Origin: Malacoraja senta
Taxonomy: Eukaryota
Direction: 5' to 3'
Length of the DNA stretch: 64,000 bases
Assembly (NCBI GenBank): GCA_038087875.1
Contig: CM075997.1
Span: forward strand, 5,582,001 to 5,646,000
Each line of letters starts with the position of its first letter. Position 1 is the stretch's first letter. Below the pieces are notes generated by a model that was not told where the DNA came from, did not search any database, and saw only the letters and a program-made list of their open reading frames with translations. A program made the position numbers and the translations under genes. Positions 25,455-37,344 of this stretch are shown here, in pieces.

Positions 25455-26270
25455 AAAACAGGAGAGGCAACACCTGTCCCTGTACCTCCTCCCTCACTTC
25501 CATCCAGGGACCCCAGCAATCCTTCCAGGTGAGACAGTTTCACTTGCTGCTCAGATAGACACAAAGTGCTGGAGTAACTCAATGGGTTCAGGCACCATCT
25601 CTGGAGAAAAAGGATGGATGGCATTTTGGGTCTGGACCCTTCTTCATGTGCTCCCTGTCTAACGCTATCTACTGCATCCAATGTTCCTGATGTGGGCTCC
25701 TGTACAAAGCGTGCACCCACCGATTGTTTCGCTGAACACATATGCTTGGTCCATTAAGATCTCCCGGCTGCTAACCATTTTAACTCCTCTTCCCATTCCC
25801 ATACTGACCTTTCTGTCCTGGGCCTCCCCCATTGCCAGAGTGAGGCCACACACACACTGGATCAAGACATATACTGCATGGGTAGTTTACAATGGTCTCA
25901 ACATTCAATTCTCCAGTATTAGGTGACTACATAACCCTCCCTTTCTCCCTTCCTCCCCAGATAACCACCCCTCCCCCATCTCCCCTGGGCTCCACTTGTA
26001 CTCACACCTATTCCACCCCTCCCTTCCACCTCCATTCCTCCCTCTAGCTTCACACTTCGCATCCTTTTCAGTCACATTGTCAGTCTTTTCATTCCTTGCC
26101 TTTGTCCAACTACCTGCCTATCAAATAACCCTCTTTACCTGTGTCAGCCTATTACCTGCCTGGCTTTCTCCTGCCCCTCCTCTCTTCCAGCTCTCACCCC
26201 CCCCCCCCCCCCCCCATCCCCCCCAACCTTGCAATCAGTCTAAAGAAGGGGCCCGACCTGAAACCTCACC
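25455..26270 (+). mobile_element. Degenerate Penelope GIY-YIG/3' UTR fragment with a nested short element
   Basis: Nucleotide similarity to 49860-50390 and a degenerate hammerhead-like motif near 26239. Confidence 0.7.
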
Positions 26271-26282
26271 AAACCATGTTCA

Positions 26283-26610
26283 CGGTGTGGCACGGTGGCA
26301 CAGAGGTAGAGTTGCTGCCTTACAGCACTTGCAGCGCCAGAGACCCGGGTTCGATCCCAACTACGGGTGCTGTCTGTACGGAGTTTGTACGTTCTCCCCG
26401 TGACCACGTGGGTTTTCTCTGAGATCTTCGGTTTCCTCCCACACTCCAAAGATGTGCAGGTTTGTAAGTTAATTGGCTTGGGTTTGTGTACTTGGTATAA
26501 GTGTAAATTGTCCCTAGTGTATGTAGACTTGTGTTAATGTGCGGGGATCGCTGGTCAGTGTGGACTCAGTGGGCCGAAGGGCCTGTTTCCGTGCTGTATC
26601 TCTAAACAAA
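26283..26610 (+). mobile_element. HE1-like V-SINE
   Basis: A-box-like GGTGGCACAGAGG, B-box GGTTCGATCC, V-domain and CR1-like tail. Confidence 0.85.
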
Positions 26611-26899
26611 ACCGGGGATATGCCTGACCCGCCGAGCTACTCCAGCACTCTGTGTCATCACTTCTTTGTACTTGCATTTTGCGCTTCCACATATGAGACA
26701 CTAAATCTAATTTTCTTTTTTAATTATCTTTTTCTACCCATTGTCAGAAAGTACACAACATTGCTGGTGCTGTCCATGGGATCAAATGTTTTCCCAAAGC
26801 CCCGCCTTCAATTCTGACGGAAATCGAAGATCCCAAGTTATTGATCATAGAATAACGAAGGATTCTCATGGTGACCAGACGACGTTTCTTCATTCCAGT

Positions 26900-27099
26900 N
26901 NNNNNNNNNNNNNNNNNNNNNNNNNNNNNNNNNNNNNNNNNNNNNNNNNNNNNNNNNNNNNNNNNNNNNNNNNNNNNNNNNNNNNNNNNNNNNNNNNNNN
27001 NNNNNNNNNNNNNNNNNNNNNNNNNNNNNNNNNNNNNNNNNNNNNNNNNNNNNNNNNNNNNNNNNNNNNNNNNNNNNNNNNNNNNNNNNNNNNNNNNNN
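26900..27099. other. Assembly gap (200 N)
   Basis: Run of 200 N. Confidence 0.99.
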
Positions 27100-28849
27100 T
27101 CATTAACCCTATCCTACACACACCAGGAACAATTTATACTTATACCAAGCCAATTTACCTTCAAACCTGTACACCTTTGGAGTGTGGGGGAGAAACAGAA
27201 GATCTCGGAGAAACCCCACGCGGTTACGGGGAGAACGTACAAACTCCGTACAGACAGCACCCGTAGTCAGGATCGAACCCGGTTTTCTGGCACTGTACGG
27301 CAGCAACTCTACCGCTGCGCCACCGTGCCGCACCAATTCTGAGGGTCCAGTTTAACCCCCCCCCCACTCTTGTAATAATACCAGCAGGTAGATGTTGAGT
27401 CACTGTGGCTCAACATCGAATTGCAATCTGCATACAAGTGCTGGTACAATGCCTAAGCTGCCAGTGATGTTTTCTGACAGTTTTATTTCCTCAGTCTGAT
27501 TCTCCAAATCCCGGTTTCCAAACATCAATGCTCATCTCACAGAAGAGTGATAAATCTGTCTGAGTCCACAACAGGATCCTGAACGAGAAAAAAAACTTCA
27601 AAGCCAAGCAGAGTGTGTTGGTGCCTCCATAATGTGGACGGGGAAGATGACACCGATGTAGCAGACATCCCCACAGATGTGTCTGATACCAGATGAAGGA
27701 TTGTCCACAGCTGTAGCATTGGCTCCATTTAATGTTGTCCACAATCACACCAATATGTGGCATTGACCTTCTGTTTACAAACACGTCCCCCCCCCCCCCC
27801 CCAATCCTAGTTCTCCAACTGAGGTCAAAAGCAAATTGGAGGAACAGCACCTCATATTTCGCTTGGGCAGTTTACAACCCCGTGGTATGGTAATGATTTC
27901 TCTAACTTCAAGTAACCCCAGCATTCCCTCTCTCTCTCCATCCCTCCCCCACCCAAATCGCACCAGCTTCTCGTTCTCACCTAGCAAACAGCTAACAATG
28001 AACTATTTCCTTTATCATCATTACTTTTTGCATAACTTTCATTCATTTGTTCTAGAAGTGTTTAAGAAGGAACTGCAGATGCTGGAAAATCGAGGTAGAC
28101 AAAACTCAACATGTGAGGCATTTGTTCTATATCATTCATTTGTTCTATATCTCTACATGACCATCTATATATCTCGTTTATGATATTCGAGAATGTTTCC
28201 ACTAGTGGGAGAGTCTAGGACTAGAGGTCACAGCCTCAGAATAAAAGGATGTTCTTTTAGGAAGAAGATGAGGAGAAATGTATTTGTACAGAGGGTGGTA
28301 AATCTGAGGAATTCTTTGCCACAGAAGGCTGTGGAGGCCGTCAATGGATATTTTTAAGGCAGAGATAAATAGATTCTTGATTAGTACGGGTGTCAGGGGT
28401 TATGGGGAGAAGGCAGGAGAATGGGGTTAGGAGGGAGAGATAAATCATGGTGGAGTAGACGATGGGCTGAATGGCCTAATTCTACTATTCCTTATGACCT
28501 TATTCCCTTTCCCCTGAGTCTCAGTGTTTGGTAGCCGTGAGTGCTTCACCCAGTGCAAGTTTACCATCAGCCTGGGGTGAGGTGCCGTCTTGTGTCAGGG
28601 TAGCCAGGGGAATTCTGGCAGCAGGCAGTACGGATGGAACGCCGTGGTGCGCCGCTGCCTCACAGTTCCGGGACTCGGGCTTTATCCTGATGTCAGGTGC
28701 TGTCTATGTGGAGTTTGCAGGCCATGGCCATCTGATGCTCCGGTTTCCTCCCATGATCCAAGATTGGCCGGCTGTAAAGGCCCCATTAATGCAGGTTACT
28801 GCATCCCGATGGTTTCTCGTGTCTCCGGGGGAGCCCTAACCAGTGCTGG

Positions 28850-29045
28850 GGCGAGGGTCAGGGCTGGGCGTGTCTGCTGCCTATTCAGCTCCGCACGGTG
28901 GTGGGACGTGGCGGTCCCGGCGAGCTCCTGTTCCCCACCACCGGGATATCTAACCGTGAAGTGCCGTCCCTACCGCCTGCCATGGGGATTCACCTCGACT
29001 ACCCTGGACACGCACTGCACTTCACCCCAGGCCGATGCTAAGATC
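28850..29045 (+). mobile_element. Degenerate Rex1 AP-endonuclease remnant
   Basis: SCSP..YLTVKCRPYRLPWGFTS...PQAD resembles the Rex1 APE motif KCRPxYLPREFTS...PPQA. Confidence 0.65.
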
Positions 29046-30834
29046 ACCGTGGGTGAAACAACCGCTACCACTACCCATGTAACAAAGTACCTTCCGGCCT
29101 TTTCATAATAGCTGGGGATTTCAATCTTTAGACTTTAGACTTTAGAGATACATCACGGAAACAGGCCCCTCGACCCACCACGTCCACACCGACCAGCAAT
29201 CCCCACATACTAACACTACCCTACACACACTAGGGACAATTTACAATTTTACCAATCCAATTAACCTACAAACCTGTTGTAGGAAACAACTGCAGAAGCT
29301 AGTTTAAATCGAAGATAGACACAAAATGCTGGAGTGACTCAGGTGGGCAGGCAGGATCTCTGGAGAGCAGGAATGGGTGATGTTTCGGGTCGAGACCCTT
29401 CAAACACTGAAGAAGGGTCTCGACCTAAATGTCACCCGTTCCTTCTCTCCACAACTGTGCTCTTCTAACACTGTTAGATAGCGGTGAAGCCCATTGAACG
29501 CAGGCTGTCAGCATTTGGCATCTTTATCAGCACAGATTATGTGGGCCGAAGGGCCTGTTTATTGTTCTGCAAAAAAACACGGTGCTGGAGTAACTCAACA
29601 GGTCAGAAAGCATCTCTGGAGGACATGGATAGGTGACACATTTCAACTGCCCCCCCCCCCTCTCCTCTTCCCCCCTCCCCCCCATCCTCTTCCTCTGGCT
29701 CCACATCTCATCCCTCTTGTCTACCTACCTTTTCATCTCTGGCCTTTGTCACTTACTCACCCATCTGCCAGTCAAACCCTTTCCCCTGACCTGTATTCAC
29801 CTATCACTTCTACCCACCTCCCCCCCCCCCCCACTTTTCCAACTTTCTCTCCCCACGGCAATCACTGAAGAAGTGTCCCAACCCAAAACGTCACCGATCC
29901 ATGTACTTCAGAGAAGCTGCCTGACCCTCTGAGTTATTCCAGCACTTTATGTCCTTTTTGGTAAGTCGGCATCTGCAGTTCCTTGTATCTCCGTTGTACT
30001 GTTCTATGTTTAGGTTAAGGGCCCCACTTGGCTTGCCTGAGGACTTTGAGCGCCTTCAAGTATGTAAGAAAAAGTCACCTGTGTGATTCTGTGAGCTGGT
30101 GGATCCAAGTTTCATGACCTCTTTAGTATTCTGATGCTGTCTCATCACAGTGGCGCAGCGGTAGAGTTGCTGCTTACAGCGCTTGCAGAGCCAGAGGACC
30201 CGGGTTCGATCCCGACTACGGGTGCTGTCTGTACGGATACATCCGTATCGCATTGGGTTTTCTCCGAAATCTTCGGTTTCCTCCCACACTCCAAAGACGC
30301 ACAGGTTTGTAGGCTAATGGCTTGGTGTGTGTGTAGGTTGTCCCTGATGTGAGTGGGATAGTATTAATGTGCGGGGATCTCTGGTGGGTGCAGACTCGGT
30401 GGACCGAAGGGCCTATTTCTGCGCTGTATCTCCAAACTAAACTAAACGTGCACAAACCCAAGAGCATCGGCAAAATGTGGTCAGAAAATCCTTCCTGCTT
30501 CTTGCCCAAGATCAATTCACACATTGTTCTTGAAAAGTTTACTGGATGTTGAATAGGAACTGCAATCTTACCTGATGTCTATTATCCCCCAATAATCTAG
30601 CTCTGCCTTGTGTATCCACTTACACAACTGTCTGAAGAAGGGTCTCGTCCTGAAACCTCACCCATTCCTTCTCTCCAGAGATGCTGCCTGGCCCGCTGAG
30701 CTACTCCAGCATTATCTTCGGGGTAAACCAGCATCTGCAGTTCCTTCCTGCACACCTGTGGCCCTGGATGACATTTGCTTTCTCCGCACATGCTCAGGAT
30801 TTAACCTGAAGCCTTCTGATCTGCAACATTTAGA

Positions 30835-31380
30835 GTTTCAGTGTCATAGAGTGATACAGTGTGGAAACAGGCCCTTCAGCCCAATTTGCCCACACCGGCC
30901 AACATGTCCCAGCGACACCAGTCCCACCTGCCTGCATTGCTCCATGTTCCTCCAAACCTGTCCTATCCATGTATCTGTCTATCTCTTTCTTAAAAGTTGT
31001 GATAGTCCCAGCCTCAACTACCTCCTCTGGCAGCGTGTTCCATACACCCACCACCCTTTGTGTGAAAAAGTTACCCCTCAGATTCCTATTAAATCTTTTC
31101 ACCTTTACCTTAAACCAATGTCCTCCTGTCCCCGATTACCCTACTCTGGGCAAGAGACTTTGTGCATCTACCCGATCTATTCCTCTAATGATTTTATACA
31201 CCTCTATAAGATCACCCCTCATCCTCCTGCACTCCAAGGAACAGAGACCCAGCCTGCTCAACCTCTTCCTACAGCTCAGACCCTCTTGCCCTGGCAACAT
31301 CCTTGTAAATCGTTGCTGCACCCTTTCCAGCTTGACAACATCTTTCCAATAACACGGTACCCAGAACTGAACACAGTACT
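30835..31380 (-). mobile_element. CR1 3' fragment
   Basis: EYCVQFWVP...RGDLIEVYKI and FFTQRVVGVWNTLP. Confidence 0.9.
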
Positions 31381-31895
31381 CTGTAGAAGGGTCTCGACCT
31401 GTAACGTCACCCATCCCTTCTCTCCTGAGATGCTGCTGTCCCGCTGAGTTCCTCCAGCATCTATGCATCTACCCGATCTATTCCTCTCATGATTTTACAC
31501 GCAGCGGACAGTACTTCTACTGAATCTGGCTGTGGGATAGCTTTGAACCTGGCCAGAGATGTCTTTATGATGTTTGATTGCGTTTGTATAGCTAAGAAGG
31601 CGAGTGCAAGAACATAAGGCAAAGAAACAAAGGTAGGAATATGGCCCTTCAACCTTCCTCCGTCATTCATTGCAATCATTGCTGATCCTTGTGTATTTAG
31701 AACATAGAACAGTAAAGCGCAAGAACAGGCCCTTCGGCCCACAATGGCCAGACTGAACTTGATGCCATTAAACGCATCTCCTCTGTTTGCATGTGATCCA
31801 TACCCCTGCGTTCCCTACATATCCAAGTGCACTTTACCCCACGATTTCCATAATCTCTGATAGTCCAGGCCTTCAAAGATATGTTCAAAGATAGT

Positions 31896-32215
31896 GTGGC
31901 ACGGTGGCGCAGCCTTAGAGTTGCTGCCTCACAGCGTCAGAGACCCAGGTTCGATCCTGACTACGGGTGCTGCCTGTACGGAGTTTGTACGTTCTCCCTG
32001 TGACCTGCGTGGGTTTTCTCTGAGTTATTCGATTTCCTCCAAAACTCCAAAGACGTACAGGGGGTTTGTAGGTTAATTGGCTTGGTGTAAATGTAAATTG
32101 TCCCTAGTGTGTGTGTGTTGGATAGTGTTAGTGTGCGGGGATCGCTGGTCGGCACGGACTCGGTGGGCCGAAGGGCCTGCTTCCACACTGTATCTCTAAT
32201 CTAAACTAAACTAAA
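31896..32215 (+). mobile_element. HE1-like V-SINE
   Basis: Full head to (CTAAA)n tail. Confidence 0.85.
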
Positions 32216-34442
32216 GTAAATGTATCACACTCAGCCTTGAACAAACTTAATAAATGAGGAAGAACACACTTTCAAAAGCAGGTACAAATTACAAAATACA
32301 AATACAAAATGCCTTTATTGTCATTATTGTCATTCAAATAAACAGAGGTTTGAACAAAATTTCGTTCCCTGCAGTCATAACAGCAAATAAGCATAACACA
32401 ATTAGCACAGTTCCACACAAACATCCATCACAGTGAATCTCCAAACACCTCCTCACTGTGATGGAAGGCAAAAGTCTTATCTCCAAAGGTTTACAACTCA
32501 GTGGGTAAATACATTTGCGTTTTTGACCGAGTCCCACATAACTAACCTCCTGTCTTGATCTTCAGTCACCCCCTTCTACACTCTCTGGGCAGAGAAGCAG
32601 CAGCCTCTCTAAGAGTCGTTATTGTCTCACTGACATCATCTACCATTCTTCTAAACTCAGTGTGTATCGATGCACTTTAAGAGAGTAACGAAACTCAAAA
32701 GATATCAGAGTCACAAGTTGCTGTAATCTTGAGTAAAACACAATGTGCTGGTCAGGTAGGGCCCACCATATCTGTGCCGAACATAATCTAAAGATGGCTA
32801 GTCTCCTCTGCCTGCACATGATCCATATCCAGAAAGGTTCTGGAACCAAGGTGCTGGAAACTTGTTTCCACGACCACCCCTGGCAACACATTCCAGGCAC
32901 CCACCACTCGCTACGTAAAAAACTTCCCCCACACAACTCACTCAAAATCTTGCCCCTCTCATCTTCAAGTTAATCTTTGACGCTTCACCCTGGGGAAAAA
33001 GGCTCTGACTGTCTATCTTACCTTTTTTTAGTTTAGTCTACTTTAGAGATACAGTGCTGAAACAGGCCCTTCGGCCCACTGAGTCAGCGCAGACCCGTGA
33101 TCCCCGCACACTAACACTATCCTACACACATTAGGGACAATTTACACTTATACCAAGCCAATTAACCTACAAACTGTACGTCTTTGGAGTGTGGGAGGAA
33201 ACCGAAGATCTCAGAGAAAACCCACACGGTCAAGACAAGACAAGAGGCAAGACAAGAGACATTTATTGTCACATGTGAAATTTGGGGTCACCATACAGCC
33301 ATACGAATAAAAAGAGTAGAACAGAACATAATAGTCTTTGACATAAACATCCCCACACAGCGGAACCAAAGTTTCCCACTGTGAGGGAAGGCCCATCCTC
33401 CTCTTTGATGTTCTTTGACGTTACTCTCACGGGGAGAACATACAAACTCCGTACAGACAGCACCCGTAGTCGGGATTGAACCCGGGTCTCCGGCACTGCG
33501 AGCGCTGTCAGGCAGCAACTCTACCGCTGCACCACTGTGCTGCTCGTCTATTATTTATGTGCACCATTATTTATGCCAAATTGTTTCTCAAAAGGGAAGA
33601 TAACACATTACAAACAATGTTCTTTTATTACAATATGGATTCCCGTAAATCAATGCGCTTCTGCAGCCTTTATTTGATCCTGTTGAGGAAGAAGAACATT
33701 GTTCTAGGTAATAATCTGGATGATTCAAACAATGTGTTAAACTAGGTTCCTTCTCAAATTCTTTCGAAATGAAAAAAAAAAAAAGTATCTTCCCCGTGTC
33801 ACAGCGAAAGGAAATATTCTGAAAATAACTTGCAAAAATGAGACCAAGATGTTTGGCAAGACCAAGACCAGGCTGAACCCTGGGGCTAAATTCAAGATCT
33901 GTCAGGAGATTGCAAACCAGATGAATCAGCTTCAACCTGTCATTGGATCCTGGGCCTGGAAGATGACTTACTGTGAGCTGAGATCCAGGACCAATGAGAT
34001 ATTGTCAGAAGCATGGCTCTGGGCAGAGAGATACATGCCATGGAAAATTTACTTCACACAATTTTCCCTTTAAGTTCCAGACCACCACATTCCTGAGAAA
34101 CCTCCTGGAAGATCTACGTCTTGGAGTATGCTTTATCTCAGGCTCTGAAACACATCACCGTGCTACTTCCTCTTGGCAACAGAAATACGAGCGGATCTCC
34201 AATTAATGGTCAGCTCCTGTCTTTGAAGGGAACTATTCTTCCTGAATCTTTCGTTCAAACCCATTCACATAAGTCCATTCACTTGGAAGCCAAACCAGGG
34301 AAGGACCTTGCGGGTGGGATGGAACTGCAGATGCCGGTTTAAACCCTAGACACAAAATGCTGGAGTAACTCAGCGGGACAGGCAGCATCTCTGGAGAGAA
34401 GGAATGGGTGACATTTTCGGGTCGAGACCCTTCTTCAGACCT

Positions 34443-35575
34443 TCACAGGGAAGGGTAGGCACTGGAAGGTGTTGTGGAGCAGAGAGATTTCGGAGTGGAA
34501 GTATGTAGCTCCCTACAAGTGGTGTTGCAGGTAGGTCGAGTGGTGAAGAAGGATTTTGGCACGCCGGCCTTCAGGAAATTGAGTACAGAAGTAGGGACGT
34601 TATGTTGCAGTTGTACAACCCGTTGGTGAGGCCACATTTGGAGTATTGTGTTCCGTTTGGGTCATCCTGCTATAGGGAGGGTGCATTAAGCTGGAAAGAG
34701 TGCAGAAAGATTTACAAGTGTGTTGCCAGGATCTGAGGGCCTGAGCTATTGAGAGAGGTCGGTGGATTAGGACTTTATTCCTTAGAACACAGTAGGCTGT
34801 GTTCTTATAGAAGTGAATACAATGATAAGAAGTATTAATATGGTGAAGGCACAGACTTTTTCCCAGGATTTAATAGGAACCTGAGGGGCAACCTTTTTAG
34901 ACAGCGGTTGGCAAGTATAGGGAACGAGCTGTCAGAAGAAGTAGGTGAAGCAGGTAGACCCATTGACATGTACATGGTACAGGCAAAGCACGGCTTCCTC
35001 CCCTTTATGTACAAATAATCTTGAAACACAAACAAATTACTATTAATCTGTTCAATTATTTCTTTGCACCTGCACATTGCCAGAATAGCAAGGAATACTC
35101 CAAATGCGGCATAACCTGATAAAGCTGCATCATGACTTCTTAACCCATATTCAATTCCTCTAGCAATGAAGGCAAGTAGACCATATGCCTTCCTCACCAC
35201 CCTATCTACATGCTGCACCTTCAGCAAGCGATAAACTGCATATCAATTGATATCCCTCTGCATATCAATGTTGTTAAGGGTCTTGCCATTGAAATATGGA
35301 GCCAAATGACTTGCTTCATCTTCCGATGGTAGATAGCACTCAGTCTTGAACAACATTCCCTGTGGCTGGCAGCAAAACTGATTAAGATGTACGAGATTCA
35401 CAATGACTTGGTCGTATGGATTCAGAACTGGCTTATTCATAGAAGACAGAGTGCTGTGGTGGAAGGTCGATATGCAGTACTGGCTGGAGGTCTGTGATCA
35501 GTGGAGTTCCGCAGGCATCTGTGCTGGGACCTCTGCTGTTTGTGATATCGATAAATGAACTGGAAGTAAATGTAA
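34443..35575. mobile_element. Cluster of old CR1 fragments on both strands
   Basis: Degenerate VRPHLEYCV, DRVVRKAYGLLAFI and SGVPQ segments. Confidence 0.7.
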
Positions 35576-37344
35576 GGCAGACAAAAATGCTGGAGAAACT
35601 CAGTGGGTGAGGCGGCATCTATGGAGCGAAGGAAATAGGCAACGTTTCGGGCCTTAACCCATCGGCACAAAACTTTGCCTATTTCCTTTGCTCCATAGAC
35701 GCTGCCGCACCCACTGAGTTTCTCCAGCAATTTTGTCTACCTTCGATTTTCCAGCATCTGCAGTTCCTTCTTGAACATCTGGGTGAATACATGTCTGCTT
35801 ATCTCTGAAAAGCCAAGCCCTTACCATGAGTCTGGAATCCCTGATGCTCCAGGCAGGCAAAACATCAAATGAAAGTTTTTTTTTAATTGTAGATGATGTA
35901 AATCTGAAACAAAGACTGAAAATGTAAGAATTACTCAACAGAATAAGAAGCATCTGTGGAGAGAGAAATACAAGGTTAGTATAGAGACACAGCGCGGAAA
36001 CACACCCTTTGGCTCACCGAGTCCGTGCCAACCGACGATCACCCTTACACTAGTTCTATCTTATACCAGTTGTGCATAAGGAGCAATTTACAGAAGCCAA
36101 TTAACCTACAAACCTAAACATCTTTGGAGTGTGGAAGGAAACCAGAGCATCTGGAGAAAATCCACGAGGTCAGAGGGCGTGTACAAACTCTGTACAGCCA
36201 GCACCCATAGTCAGGATCGAACCCAGGTCACTGGAGCTGTAAGGCAGCAACTCTATCACTGTGCCGCCCCAACCTCCCAACCTCTTGCAGACATATTGAA
36301 TCCTCTAGCAAGTTCTCTCATCAGAACCTTGAAGGAATTATTTTCTGTTCTCCTGCTAATTCTGCTGAAACATCTTCCTTGCTTCCACCCAAGTCATGTT
36401 CTTAACGATTTTATACTTGTTGTCTCTCATATTTCTCAACTCAAAATTGTTCCAGCCAGTCTACTGAAACTCCATAAAATTCACCATTCCGAGAATCAAG
36501 AATCAAGAGTCGTGTTTTATTGTCACATGAGCTAGAACGAACAATGACATTCTTACTTGCAATCAGAGGATCATTCACTGCATTTCCTCTAAAGCAGGTG
36601 CGGGCTTCCTTAGATAATGAGTTATCCAGATGTGGTCTCACTGGAGATCTACGTAATGGGAGGAAGCTACCGTTTCTTTTGTGCTCAAATCCTTATGCTA
36701 ATATCACCAGCAATGGCTTGGATTTTACTTTAGGAGTGGCACAGTGGCGCAGCTGGTAGAGCTGATGTCTCACAGCGCCAGAGACCCAGGTTCGATTCTG
36801 ACCTCGGGCGCTGTCTCTGTGGAGTTTGCACATCCTCCCGGTGACCGTGTGGGTTTTCTCCAGGTGCTCCGGTTTCCTCTCACATCACAAAGCCATGCGG
36901 GTTTGTAGGTTAATAGGGCCCTCTGTAAATTGCCTCTAGTGTGTAGGGAACGGGTGAGAAAGTGGGATAACATAGAATCAGTGAGAAGTGTGATCGATGG
37001 TCGGTGTGGACTCAGTATTGTCACGTGTACCAAGGTACAGTGAAAAGCTTTTGTTGCATGCTGTCCAGTCAGCATTACTAAGGTTCCAAGATTGCTAGGT
37101 GAATGTAGTTTGATGTCACAGTGTTTTGGTGGGATCGTATTCGGAGTGACCCAGGTACTGCTTTGGTTTCTGAAGATATGGAAGGAGATACTTGGAAATA
37201 CTGTGTGAATCATCTGGGCAGGAGACTGCTTAAACAGTGCAGCGCATTGGGGTAAACGCTAGTTATTCAAGACTGAAATGTGGAGTAAATTCATTCTGAT
37301 TTGTTGAAGATATTCAAGTCCAAGACCAAAAGATTTTTGGACAG

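Noticed and set aside
26283..26370. tRNA gene
   Set aside because: The A/B boxes belong to a SINE head that continues into the V-SINE body; the same applies to the other copies.
26741..27266. ORFs spanning the N gap, and a possible exon at 26748-26899
   Set aside because: Their length is an artefact of Ns. The flank has an acceptor-like site and open frames but no recognisable homology.
27491..27780. Cys/His-containing ORF as a zinc finger
   Set aside because: The spacing fits no zinc-finger class I recognise, and the ORF start lies within a Penelope fragment.
30608..31447. 279-aa ORF
   Set aside because: Chance read-through across a short repeat and the antisense strand of a CR1.
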